Under the pieces are notes generated by a model that was not told the DNA's origin, did not search any database, and saw nothing but the letters and a program-made list of their open reading frames with translations. This document shows, piece by piece, positions 21,650-34,734 of a stretch of 64,000 nucleotides of DNA. The stretch spans positions 191,379,394 through 191,443,393 of the forward strand of contig NC_052153.1 of the NCBI RefSeq assembly GCF_902713615.1, given 5' to 3'. Source of the DNA: Scyliorhinus canicula. Lineage: Eukaryota. Each line of letters begins with the position of its first letter. Position 1 is the stretch's first letter. Position numbers and translations under genes: made by a program.

Positions 21650-23340
21650 CGGAGGAACCGAGTCTCAGGGCCACTAATTAATTTTACCAACAGCATAATT
21701 AATTGTGCCAAACAGCATAAGCAGCAAGTGATAGACAGAGCTAAGCGATTTCACAACCATTGGATCAGATCCAAGCTCTGCAGTCCTGCCACATCCAGCC
21801 GGGATGGTGGTGGACAATTAAACAGCTCACTGGAGGAGGAGGCTCCACGAATATCCCCTTCCTCAATGATGGAGGAGCCCAGCCCTTGTGCTCCAGAACT
21901 TGCCGCCCCCCTAGCCGAGCTGTTCCAGTACAGCTACAACACTGGCATCTACCTGGCAATGTGAAAAGTTGCCCAGGTGTGTCCTGTACACAAACAGGAC
22001 AAATCCAACCCAGCCAATTACCCCCCTATCATTCTACTCTCCATCATCAGTAAAGTGATGGAAGGAGTCACAAACAATGCTATCAAGCAGCACTTACTGA
22101 GCAATAACCTGCTCACGGACACTCAGTTTGGGTTCCACCAGGGTCACTCAGCTCCTGACCTCATTACAGCCTTGGTTCAGACACGGACAAAAGAGCTGAA
22201 TGCCAGAGGTGAGGTGAGAGTGACTGCCTTGACATCAAGGCAGCATTTGACCGAATATGGCTTCAAGGAGCCCGAGCTAAACTGGAGTCAATGGGAATCG
22301 GGGGGGAAACTCTCTGCTGGTTGGAGTCATACTTGGCACAAAGGAAGATGGTTGTGGGGGTTGGAGGTCAATCATCACAGCTCCAGGACATCACTGCAGA
22401 TGTTCCTCAGGGTAGTGCCCTCGGCCCAACCATCTTCAGCTGCTTCATCAATAACCTTCCATCCATCATAAGGTCAGAAGTGGGGATGTTTGTGGATGAC
22501 CATTTGCGACTCCTCAGATAATGAAGCTGTCCGTGTCCAAAGGCAGCAAGACCTGGAGAGTATCCAGGTTTGGGCTGACAAGTGGCAAGTTACATTCGCG
22601 CCACACAAGTGCCAGGCAATGACCATCTCCTACAAGAGAGGACCTAACCATCACCCCTTGACATTCAATGGCATTACCATCGGTGAATCCCCCACAATCA
22701 ACATCCTGGGGGTTACCATTGATCAGAAACTGAACTGGACTAGCCACATTAATACTGTGGCTACCAAAGCAGGTCAAAGGCTAGGAATCCTACGGTGAGT
22801 AACTCACCTCCTGAGCCTGGCAACCATCTACAAGGCACAAGTCAGGAGTGTGATGGAATACTCTCCACTTGCCTGGATGAGTGCAGCTCCAACAACACTC
22901 AACAAGCTCAACACCATCCAGGACAAAGCAGCCCCGCTTGATTGCTCCTCCTTCCACAACCATTCAAACCCTCCATCACCGTTGAACAGTGGCAGCTGTG
23001 TGTACCATCTCCAAGATGCACTGCAGTAACTCACCAAGGATCCTTCAACAGCACCTTCCAAACCCACGACCACTACCATCTAGAAGGACAAGAGCAACAG
23101 GTACCCGGGAACCCCACCACCTGGAGGTTCCCCTCCAAGTCACTCACCAACCTGACTTGGAAATATATCGGCCGTTCCCTCACTGTCGCTGGGGCAAAAT
23201 CCTGAAACTCCCTCCCTAACAGCACAGTGGGTGTACCTACAGATGAAGGACTACAGTGGTTCAAGAAGGCAACTCACCACCTCCTTTTGAAGGGCAACTA
23301 GGGATGGGCAATAAATGCTGGCCTAAGCAGCGACACCGTA
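21650..23340 (+). mobile_element. CR1-clade LINE family 2, RT region to 3' end, degenerate
   Basis: FHNHWIRSKLCSPATSS, KSNPANYPPI.LLSIISKVME, QFGFHQGHSAPDL, VPQGSALGPTIF, LGVTIDQKLNW. Confidence 0.92.
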
Positions 23341-23929
23341 AATGAATTTTTTTTAAACTCAGGTTCGTGCTTTTCAAAAACCAGGGGAGGAATGATCCAA
23401 CGCCCAGGTCTGCTACACGTACACCCACACACAGTAAGGTGTTGGGGGAGATAGAAAATAAAAGGTTTTACACTCCAATATTAGATTACGTGACTTTCAG
23501 AGTCCAAGAAGTCAAAGACAAAGACCAGACGGTGTTTCCTCTATGGTGGGGTTTTGTTCCCATGAGTTTCTGGTTGGAGTTAATAATACAAACATCCTTG
23601 AAATGCTTCAGCAGGGTGGGCTTCCTGTGCTGAGGACACATCGCAGGCGTTGTTCAGAGACTTTTAAAGTCAGTGTGGCTTCATGGAGTTGAGAGGTGAT
23701 GGCTGGTTGCTTATTCAACCATGCGGCTGGTGTCCTTTCCAGTTAATGTTCGAACAACAGTTTGAGGATTTCCCAGCTCTCTGAGGAAGACAGAGATTTC
23801 AAAATAGCCATTTGAATCATATGTTCCCTTTTTACCCACTGTGACCTCAAAAGGGATATTCATTCTGTGTCTGGACCTGCCTTTGATTTCAGGGCTGTTA
23901 ATGTCCTAGTCATTTATTGTTGAGCATCA

Positions 23930-26900
23930 CCATAGAACATAGAACATAGAACATAGAACACTACAGCGCAGTACGGGCCCTTCGGCCCTCGATGTTGCGC
24001 CGACCTGTGAAACCATCTGAAGCCTATCTGACCTACACTATTCCATTTTCATCCATATGTCTATCCAGTGACCACTTAAATGCCCTTAAAGTTGGCGAGT
24101 CTACTACTGTTGCAGGCAGGGCGTTCCACACCCCTACTACTCTCTGAGTAAAGAAACTGCCTCTGATATCTGTCCTATATCTATCACCCCTCAATTTAAA
24201 GCTATGTCCCCTCGTGTTGGTCATCACCATCCGAGGAAAAAGACTCTCACTGTCCACCCTATCTAACCCTCTGACTATCTTATATGTCTCTATTAAGTCA
24301 CCTCTCAGCCTTCTTCTCTCTAACGAAAACAACCTCAATTCCCTAAGCCTTTCCTCGTAAGACCTTCCCTCCATACCAGGCAACATCCTAGTAAATCTCC
24401 TCTGAACCCTTTCCAAAGCTTCCACATCCTTCCTATAATGTGGTGACCAGAACTGCACGCAGTACTCCAGGTGCGACCGCACCAGAGTTATGTACAGCTG
24501 CAGCATGACCTTGTGGCTCCGAAACTCAATCCCCCTGCTTATAAAGGCTAGCACACCATATGCCTTCTTAACAGCCCTATTAACCTGGGTGGCAACTTTC
24601 AGGGATTTATGTACCTGGATGCCGAGATCTCTCTGTTCATCTACACTACCAAGAATCTTGCCATTAGCCCAGTACTCTGCATTCCTGTTACTCCTTCCAA
24701 AGTGAACCACCTCACACTTTTCCACATTAAACTCCATCTGCCACCTCTCAGCCCAGCTCTGCAGCTTATCTATGTCCCTCTGTACCATAAGAACATAAGA
24801 ACATAAGAACTAGGAGCAGGAGTAGGCCATCTGGCCCCTCGAGCCTGCTCCGCCATTCAATTAGATCATGGCTGATCTTTTGTGGACTCAGCTCCACTTT
24901 CCGGCCCGAACACCATAACCCTTAATCCCTTTATTCTTCAAAAAACTATCTATCTTTACCTTAAAACATGTAATGAAGGAGCCTCAACTGCTTCACTGGG
25001 CAAGGAATTCCATAGATTCACAACCCTTTGGGTGAAGAAGTTCCTCCTAAACTCAGTCCTAAATCTATTTCCCCTTATTTTGAGGCTATGCCCCCTAGTT
25101 CTGCTGTCACCTGCCAATGGAAACAACCTGCCCGCATCTATCCTATCTATTCCCTTCATAATTTTAAATGTTTCTATAAGATCCCCCCTCATCCTTCTAA
25201 ATTCCAATGAGTACAGTCCCAGTCTACTCAACCTCTCCTCATAATCCAACCCCTTCAGCTCTGGGATTAACCTAGTGAATCTCCTCTGCACACCCTCCAG
25301 CGCCAGTACGTCCTTTCTCAAGTAAGGAGACCAAAACTGAACACAATACTCCAGGTGTGGCCGCACTAACACCTTATACAATTGCAACATAACCTCCCTA
25401 GTCTTAAACTCCATCCCTCTAGCAATGAAGGACAAAATTCCATTTGCCTTCTTAACATCCTTAACATCCTTCAACACTATCCACAACTCCACCGACCTTC
25501 GTGTCATCTGCAAATTTACTAACCCATCCTTCTACACCCTCTTCCAGGTCATTTATAAAAATGACAAACAGCAGTGGCCCCAAAACAGATCCTTGCGGTA
25601 CACCACTAGTAACTGAACTCCAGGATGAACATTTGCCATCAACCACCACCCTCTGTCTTCTTTCAGCTAGCCAATTACTGATCCAAACCGATAATCACCT
25701 TCAATTCCATACTTCCTTATTTTCTGCAATAGCCTACCGTGGGGAACCTTATCAAACGCCTTACTGAAATCCATATACACCACATCAACAGCTTTACCCT
25801 GATCCACCTGTTTGGTCACCTTCTCAAAAAACTCAATAAGGTTTATGAGGCATGACCTACCCTTCACAAAACCGTGTTGACTATCGCTAATCAACTTGTT
25901 CTTTTCAAGATGATTATAAACCCTATCTCTTATAACCTTTTCCAACATTTTACCCACAACCGAAGTAAGGCTCACAGGTCTATAATTACCAGGGTTGTCT
26001 CTACTCCCCTTCTTGAACAAGGGGACAACATTTGCTATCCTCCAGTCTTCCGGCACTATTCCTGTCGACAAAGACGACATAAAGATCAAGGACAAAGGCT
26101 CTGCAATCTCCTCCCTGGCTTCCCAGAGAATCCTAGGATAAATCCCATCTGGCCCAGGGGACTTATCTATTTTGACATTTTCCAAAATTGCTAACACCTC
26201 CTCCTTTTGAACCTCAATTCCATCTAGCCTGGTCGACTGAACCTGAGTGTTCTCCTCGACAACATTGTCTTTCTCCAGTGTAAACACTGACGAAAAATAT
26301 CCATTTAACGCTTCCCCTATCTCCTCTGATTCCACACACAACTTTCCACTACTATCCTTGATTGGCCCTAATCTTACTCTAGTCATTCTTTTGTTCCTGA
26401 TATACCTATAGAAAGCCTTAGGGTTTTCCTTGATCCTATCCGCCAACGACTTTTCGTGTCCTCTCCTCGCTCTTCTTAACTCTCCCTTTAGGTCCTTCCT
26501 GGCTAACTTGTAACTCTCAAGTGCCCTAACTGAGCCTTCATGTCTCATCCTAACATAAGCCTTCTTCTTCCTCTTGACAAGTGCTTCAACTTCCTTAGTA
26601 AACCACGGTTCCCTTGCTCGACAACTTCCTCCCTGCCTGACAGGTACATACTTATCAAGGACACGCAGTAGCTGTTCCTTGAAAAAGCTCCACATTTCGA
26701 TTGTACCCATCCCCTGCAGTTTCCTTCCCCATCCTATACATCCTAAATCTTGCCGAATAGCATCATAATTGCCTTTCCCCCAGCTATAATTCTTGCCTTG
26801 CGGTATATACCTATCCCTGCCCATTGCTAAAGTAAACATAACCGAGTTGTGATCACTATCACCAAAGTGCTCACCTACATCTAAATCTAACACCTGGCCC

Positions 26901-27020
26901 GGTTCATTACCCAGTACCAAATCCAATGTGGCCTCGCCCCTTGTTGGCCTGTCTACATACTGTGTCAGAAAACCCTCCTGCACACACTGCACAAAAACTG
27001 ACCCATCTATAGTACTCGTA
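23930..27020 (-). mobile_element. Young CR1 (HER1-like) LINE, 5'-truncated, split by a second CR1
   Basis: Open 441-aa ORF 25667-26992 (end of endonuclease to RT) and 251-aa C-terminal ORF 24033-24788; (TTCTATG)n tail at ~23930. Confidence 0.95.
24786..25450 (-). mobile_element. Second CR1 subfamily 3' fragment nested in the above
   Basis: Own (TTCTTATG)n tail at 24786-24810; second copy of RPHLEYCVQFWSP..RFTRLIP. Confidence 0.9.
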
Positions 27021-27384
27021 TCATGCTGAGGATCTGGTGCTGGGAAGCCATTGTCTGGGCAGGCCCACTGACTCCACTAGAAAGGTGAGCTTATCAAATG
27101 CAAATGACGCCCCCTTTTGGTTCCCTTATGAAATGGACCTGGACATTCCCAGCTACAAGATGAGTCTGTTCGCGGCTTTGCAAGCATAACGTGATTTGGT
27201 GTGCGCGTCTCCAAAAATCAGGGCCTTGACAGCTGGAGACAGGACTGCCAATGCCTGGTCGATGCTCGTCAAACGTGTGGTCATCAGGTCATTATAGGCA
27301 ACACATGAAACAAAAAATATGCACTATTAATAAAATAAATGTACAATCTTTAGAGAGTCTAAACCTTCAACCATCAAAATTGAT

Positions 27385-29130
27385 GCATTGCTGCCTCACG
27401 GTGCCGAGGCCCCAGGTTCGATCCCGGCTCTGGGTCACTGTCCGTGTGGAGTTTGCACATTCTCCCCGTGTCTGCATGGGTTTCGCTCCCACAACCCGAA
27501 GATGTGTAGATTAGGTGGATTGGCCACGCTAAATTGCCCCTTAATTGGGAAAAATGAATTGGGTACTCTAAATTTAAAAAAATTGATGTACTCACTGCCT
27601 TATCCAGGAGAAAGGTTTCAAAGGGTTTTGAAATCAGAGAACAAAGAAAGGACAATACAGCACAGGAACAGGCCCTTTGGCCCTTCAAGCCTGTACTGGT
27701 CATCATACCACCCGTGGCCAAAACCCAAAAGAACAATACAGCAAAGGAACAAAGAATAGTAGTACATGAACTGTAATCCAACTGTTCCACAAAGCAGAAT
27801 TCATACACAACACGGAGTTAGGGAAGGAAAATAAATCAGTTCTCTCTCAGTGATTGGCTTCTGCACCCTGACTCTTGCCTTCCTTACGCTCTGTCACCCT
27901 CCATTTCCAAACACAAGTCAATGGACATTTAACAGATCTTTGGTTCATGGCCAATCTCTGGTAACCTGTCCTTTTACATTAATAATACCCAATTTCTTTC
28001 AGGCGCTCGTTTCAAAAGATTCATTAAGGGAAAGGCTGAACGCATTCGGATGTAACTGCACAACCAGAGTTTGTCAAACACAAGCATTTCTTTAAAAAAA
28101 AAATTTAGAGTACCCATTTTTTTCCAATTAAGGAGCAATTTAGCCTGGCCAATCCACCTAACCTGCACATACCATAGAATTTACTGTGCAGATGGAGGCC
28201 ATTTGGCCCATCAAGTCTGCACCGGCTCTTGGAAAGAGCACCCTACCCAAGGTCAACACCTCCACCCTAACCCCATAACCCAGTAACCCCACCCAACACT
28301 AAGGGCAATTTTGGACACGTAGGGCAATTTATCATGGTCAATCCACCTAACCCGCACATCTTTGGACTGTGGGAGGAAACCGGAGCACCCGGAGGAAACC
28401 CACGCACACACGGGGAGAACGTGCAGACTCCGCACAGACAGTGACCCAAGCCGGGCATCGAACCTGGGACCCTGGAGCTGTGAAGCAATTGTGCTATCCA
28501 CAATGCTACCATGCTGCCCTAACCTTAACCCTAACCCTAACCCTAACATCTTTTGGGTTGTGGGGGTGAAACCCACGCAGACACGGGGAGAATGTGCAAA
28601 CTCCACACGGACAGTGACCCAGGGCCGGGATTCAAACCTGGGTCCTCAGCGCCGTAGTCCCATTGTAAACCTGCGCATTTCAACTTTCATAGGCGGTCAT
28701 GTAGCCATGTACATCGTACAGGTACCTCAATTGGTTTGCGAAAACTGACAGCTACCAGCTGAACAAAATCAAGTTCTTCACTGAGCATTCCATTTTACTA
28801 TCCACATGTATCGAGTGTAGTGGGCAATTCTGCTCTCGACTTGAATTTACAATGCGTATGAATGAAACATAGTACACAGACAGAGAAAGATGGGTTATGA
28901 TTTTCCAATTTAATTCTGTTAATCAAATAAATTTAGAGTACCCAATTCTTTTTTTTCCCCTAATTAAGGGGCAATTTAGCGTGGCCAATCCACCTACCCT
29001 GCACATCTTCGGGTTGTGGGGGCGAGACCCACACAGACACGGGGAGAATGTGCAAACTCCACACGGACAGTGACCCAGCGTTGGGATCGAACCGTGAGGC
29101 AGCAATGCTAACCACTGCGCCACTGTGCCA
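27385..29130. mobile_element. Cluster of HE1-like SINEs (27385-27585 +; 28090-28170 -; 28175-28520 -; 28545-28650 -; 28925-29130 -)
   Basis: HE1 bodies with either the CR1-type or the short A-rich tail. Confidence 0.9.
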
Positions 29131-29917
29131 CCCATTCCAATTTAATTCAGTAAGTCCCCTTTGCTTTATTAATAAATGGGTGCTTATCGCCCCTTAGAAA
29201 GATGAATCTATTTTTGTGAGGTTAATTTTATTTTGCGTATGGGTTGTCATTCTGAAAGTCAAAGGGAAGAGGAGAAAGTGCATTGTCGACATGAAAATTA
29301 ATATGATTAACTTGTTAAGTTTCCTTTAGTTAATTGATCATCTGAATTTTATTAGCTTTATAAAGTTGTTAATACGATTTTGATTGGCATCTCCGTAGGA
29401 TTCTAATTAGCCAATCAGAAGATTGAAAACAAAACTACCAATTGATACTGTGTCCATGGAAACTACCCATAATACATGGGGACTATAGATACCGTTCCAA
29501 TGTATGTTGTATCCATAGATACCGTAACCACGGAGACTACTCATTAGTACATTTACTCTGAAATACTGACCCCATAATGACTTAATTTGATAAGTTTTAT
29601 TCTTTATTATTTGTTACCTACTCTTTAAAAAGGGATCACTTTTGTAAAATTATTATTTTTTTGATTGATGACATGGTGGCCTGCCCATTGCCACTGTTCT
29701 TAGCCAACAGAACAGTGAATAGTGTCAGTATAGATATTGCACTTGTCGGAACCACATCCATTCAATCTCACCCCCATTTACTCACTTTCTGTACATTAAC
29801 ACATGATGTGATGCTTAATGTTCAATCCCATTTAGTTAGAGTTATTGAGGTTTACAGCATGGAAACAGGCCCTTCGGCCCACCTTGTCCATGCCGCCCAG
29901 TTTTTATCACTAAGCTA

Positions 29918-30634
29918 GGGCGCGATTCTCCGCTCCCCACGCCGGGTGGGAGAATCGCGGGAGGGCCGGGCGATTCACGGCACATCCCCCTGGCACCCCC
30001 CGCGATTCTCCCACCCCCCGCTCGGATGAATCGCCGACGACCAGCGATTATCCGGCCGGATGGGCCGAGCGGCCTGCCGTTACCGACCGGTTCAGACGGC
30101 GGCAACCACACCTGGTCGCTGCCGCCGTGAACATGGGCGCCAAATGCTCGTTTGTGGCTTGTGGGGGGCGGAGAGGGGAGTGAGCACCAGGGCCGTGCTC
30201 GGGAGGGGACTGGCCCGTGATCGGTGTCCACCGATCGTCGGGCCGGCGTCTCCAAGCGATGCACTCTTTCCCCTCCGCCGCCCTGCAAGGTCAAGCTGCC
30301 ACGTCTTGCGGGGCAGCGGAGGGGAAGACGGCAACCACGCATGCGCGGGTTGGAGCTGTCAGCCGTCGTGACGTCAGCCGCGCATGCGCGGGTTGGAGCC
30401 GGCCAACCTGCGCATGCGCGGGTGACATCACTTAGGCGCCGCCGTCGCGTCATTCTCGGCGTGCCACCTTGACGCAAGCGTCAAGGCCCGGCGGCCAAGA
30501 GTTACGGAGCGCCGCTCCTAGCCCCCCGGGTGGGGGTGAATAAGGTGCGAGGAGCGGCCTCCGAGGCCATCGTGAAACTCGGCCGAGTTCACGACGGCCT
30601 TCCCGATTCATCACGGGAGCGGAGAATTCCGCCC
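29918..30634. mobile_element. GC-rich TIR MITE (717 bp), TSD CTA/TTA, inserted in a CR1 3' end
   Basis: 20-bp TIR GGGCGCGATTCTCCGCTCCC / GGGAGCGGAGAATTCCGCCC. Confidence 0.9.
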
Positions 30635-31004
30635 TTATCCCAATTGCCCACATTTGGCCCATATCCCTCAAAATTGTAGCCGCCTCCAGTACTGCGTCTG
30701 GCAGCTCGTTTCAGACACACACCACCTTCTGTGTCAAACAATTGCCCTCTGGACCCTTTAGCAGATTGATAAATAAGAATAAATACTCACTAGGACCCAT
30801 TGTGCTACAGCAGCCAAAATACAAGAAACGGCAAAATCAATTCACTAGTCCTTTACAATTCATTAAAAATCTAATGAAATTTAAACACCTCAATTGGCCC
30901 AAGAAGGGACAGGTTGTTCTCATTTGTTGAACTCAAGACCGTACAGTCTTTTATTGGGAACCATTGAAAGCGTGAGGCAGTAATACACAACAGTTTCAGC
31001 TTTG

Positions 31005-31100
31005 ACAAAGGGTCATCTGGACTCGAAACGTTAGCTCTTTCCTCTCCCTCCAGATGCTGCCAGACCTGCTGAGATTTTCCTGCATTTTCTCGTTTGCTTC
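31005..31100. mobile_element. Penelope-like terminal remnant
   Basis: CTTTGACAAAGGGTCATCTGGACTCGAAACGTT..AGATGCTGCCAGACCTGCTGAG; related pieces at 35260, 50820-51000, 53090-53250. Confidence 0.6.
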
Positions 31101-31764
31101 CAGTTTCAGCTCAGTTGGACCTTTCTTTGTGTTTACTTCAAGGAGCAAGGGACGAGTGTTGGAAACCCATTGCCTGGTCGCTGGGATCAGTGTGGGGTCC
31201 GATCGAATTTCATGGCTATGATTCAGCAACAACCTGCATTTATATAGCGTCCTTAGTGCCGGGAAATAAACCATTACACTTCAGAGGACTGCGATGAATG
31301 TAGGAATATCAGATGTATTGTATGATGGGTTTGGTACAGAAAGGGTTAAAAGCCTGGGCTGGAGTGTGTTTGACTGCCGCAGTCATGTTTTTAAATAATC
31401 CTGGTTCAAAAGGCAAATATAATAATAGTTAAAAAAAAAATAATATTTATTATTATATGTTTTGGGAGCCAGGGGTGCAATTACGGTATCGGAAAAAGCT
31501 TGGGCTAATTCATTTTATTTTGCACTAAAGGGGGGGTTCCCTGTGGAGTTAATTAGATCTCAGCTTGGTGAGATGATGTAGTTATTGGGTACAGCTAAGG
31601 TATCAGGAAGTGTGCACGGAAGCAGAGTTTCAGTTGAGCGTTAGAGGGAGATGAGGGCAGAAGTCAAGCATCTTGCTCTCATTACAGTTCAGTTAAAAAT
31701 ACGTTTGTAGACAGATTAGCAGTTTCTTTTCAAGCGGTCCGGTTAGGAGGTGAGGTGAAACAAG

Positions 31765-32065
31765 TTGAGGAGTGGTTTTCGCCACATCCCCGTTGTTTTC
31801 TCCCACATTCCCGGTGTTTTCTCCCACATTCCCGGTGGTGTTCTCCACATTCCCGGTGGTTTTCTCCACATTCCTGGTGTTCTCTCCCAAAATTCCCAGT
31901 GCTTTCTCCACATTCCTGGTGTTTTCTCCTACATTCCTAATGTGTTTCTCCACATTCCCGTTGTTTTCTCCCACAATCCTGGTGTTTGCGCTCCCATTCC
32001 TGGTGTTTTCTTCCACATTCCCAGTGTTTTCTCCCACATTCCCAGTGTTTTCTCCCACATTCCCA
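31765..32065. repeat. 21-bp minisatellite (TTTTCTCCCACATTCCCGGTG), ~14 copies
   Basis: Period 21 (31801, 31822 ...). Confidence 0.95.
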
Positions 32066-32539
32066 GTGTTTTCCTGCCGGTGACCGTTATTCTAGCCCTG
32101 CCCCTCTGCTGCTTGTCAATCAATTGCCCCACGTGACCGGCGGGAGCCAATCCCCAGTCAGGCTCGGGAGTTTTGAACTGAGGGGGTTGGATTGTCGAGG
32201 CAGGAAAGATTCCATTTCAAATACAGATTCCTTTCCTGGCTGATGGCTGCCTCACTGCCCAGAGCCTGAGAGACACAGTCAAGGAAATGGCAAAGGGGAG
32301 TCCAAGGAATTCCTCAGAAAGACATTGTTTAACAGGACCTGGTTACGTCTCTCAGGGTCCTCACTCCCCCTCTCTATGATAGAAGCTGACTGAATGTTTG
32401 AGTGTGATCCTGAGTGATATATAACTGAAAATAGACCAACGAGTTTGAAATATTTGGACGTCACAATGAATCTGAAGTACACATTGAATAATAATAATCA
32501 TAAAATCATAATAATAATCTTTATTAGTGTCACAAGTAG

Positions 32540-32885
32540 GTGGTGGCGTAGTGGAATTGTCACTGGACTAGTAATCCAAAGACTCTGAATAATGATTTGG
32601 GGACCCAGGTTCGAATCCCGCCAAGGCAGGTGATCTTTAAACTCAATAAAATATCTGGAATTAAAAGTCTAATGATAACCATGAAACGATTGTCGTAAAA
32701 AGCCATCTGGTTCACTAATGCCTCTTAGGGGAAAGGGAATCTGCCGTCCTTACCTGGTCTGGCCTACATGTGACTCCAGACCCACAGCAATCTGGTTGAC
32801 TCTTAACTTCCCCCTCAAGGGCAATTTGGGATGTGCAATAAATACAGGCACAGCCTGCGACGCCCACCTCCCATGAACGAATAAA
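32540..32885 (+). mobile_element. tRNA-derived SINE family C (LF-SINE-like core; tail shared with CR1 family 2)
   Basis: GGTGGCGTAGTGG..GGTTCGAATCCC..CCTTACCTGGTCTGGCCTACATGTGACTCCAGACCCACAGC..AAGGGCAATT; copies at 63245-63530 and 6470-6590; name from recall. Confidence 0.7.
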
Positions 32886-33164
32886 ATAAGTCATCTTACA
32901 TTAACACTGCAATGAAGTTACTGTGAAAAGCCCCTAGTTGCCACATTCCGGCGCCTGTTCAGGTACACTGAGGGAAAATTCAGAATGTCCAATTCACCCA
33001 ACATAATAAAGTCACAGAAGAGGAGAGCAAACTGAATTAAGCAGATTGCACATTTGTGAATTAACTTTTATTTTTTGTTCATAAAAGTAGGCCATTTCCC
33101 GAGCTGGGAAAGTTTTCCTTTCCCATTTCAGGAGCAAGGTGTTCAAACTGCCTGTTTCATGAAC

Positions 33165-34550
33165 TGGATTGGATTTGATTTATTGTCACGTGTACCAAGG
33201 TACAGTAAAACGGTCTGCATACAGTCCAGGCAGATGGTCCAATAAATGCATGAAGAAGCATAGAACATGCTATAAATACACAATGTAAATACATAGACAC
33301 AGACATCGGGTGAAGCATACGGAGTGTAGTACTCCTCAGTAGAGAAGATGTGCAAAGAGATCAGGTCAGTCCATAAGAGGGTCATTCAGGAGTCTGGTAA
33401 CAGTGGGGAAGAAGCTGTTTTGAATCTGTTAGTGCGTGTTCTCAGACTTTTGTATCTCCTGCCCGATGGAAGAAGTTGGAAGAGTGAATATCACAGGTGG
33501 GAGGAATCTTTGATTATGCTGCCCTCTTTCCCCAGGCAGCGGGAGGTGTAGATGGAGTCAATGGATGGGAGGCGGTTTCGAATGATGGACTGGGCTGTGT
33601 TCACAACTCTGTAGTTTCTTACGGTCTTGAGCCGAGCAGTTGCCATACCAGGCTGTGACATAGCCAGATAGGATGCTTTCTATGGTGCATCTGTAAAAGT
33701 TGGTAAGAGTCAATGTGGACATGCCGAATTTCCTTTGTTTCCTGAGGAAGTATAGGCCCTGTTGTGCTTCCTTGGTCGTAGCGTCGGCGTGGGTGGACCA
33801 GGACAGATTGTTGGTGATATTCACACCTAGGAATTTGAAGCTGTCAACCATCTCCACCTCGGCCCCGTTGATGCTGACAGGGGTGTGTACGATACTTTTC
33901 TTCCTGAAGTCAATGACCAGCTCTTTAGTTTTGATGGCATTGAGGTAGAGATTGTTGTCATTACATCACTCCACTGGGTTTTCCATCTCCCTCCTGTATT
34001 CTGACTCGTCATTGTTCAAGATCCGACCCACTCCCGTCGTGTCATCAGCAAACTTGTAGATGGAGTTGGAGCCAAACTTTTCCGCACAATCGTGTGTGTA
34101 CAGGGTGTATAGTAGGGGGCTAAGCTCACAGCCTTGCGGGGCCCCGGTATTGAAGACTATGGAGGAGATGTTGGTGTTTATCCTTACTGATTGTAGTCTG
34201 TTGGTCAGAAAGTGAAGGATCCAGTTGCAGAGGGAGGAGCCAAGTCCTAGGCTTTGGAGATTTGATATGAGCTTGGCTGGAATTATGGTTGGAGTTGTAG
34301 TCAGTGAATAGGAGTCTGACGTTGGAATCCTTGTTGTTGAGATGCTCCAGGGATGAGTGTAGGGCCAGGGAGATGGCGTCTGCTGTGGGCCGGTTGCGGC
34401 GGTATGCAAATTGCAGTAGATCTCGGCATTCTGGGAGTATGGAGTTGATGTGGCTCATGACCAACCAATCAAAGCACTTCATAATGATCAATGTCAAGGC
34501 CACCAGACAGTAGTCGTTGAGGTACGTTGCTTGATTCTTCTGAGACAGGC
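33165..34550 (-). mobile_element. Rex1/Babar LINE 3' portion incl. 3' UTR
   Basis: [56 protein letters not shown]. Confidence 0.93.
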
Positions 34551-34734
34551 AGCTCATTTCAAGAATTGGGCAACTTGACTGGCCAATTTATGAAATTGAC
34601 AGTTTCACAAATAGGGTGTCACATATGCACTCACTCAGAAGCTGGGATCCAGCTCATTATTGACTCCGGAGAATACAAGAAAATGCCTCAGTTAATTTAC
34701 CAAGGTGCTGACACAGTTTGGAGTTCATGTTCTA

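Noticed and set aside
31314-31762. Additional solo LTRs here and at 44760-45198
   Set aside because: TG..CA-like ends are present but no matching TSD could be verified, so they were not listed as features.
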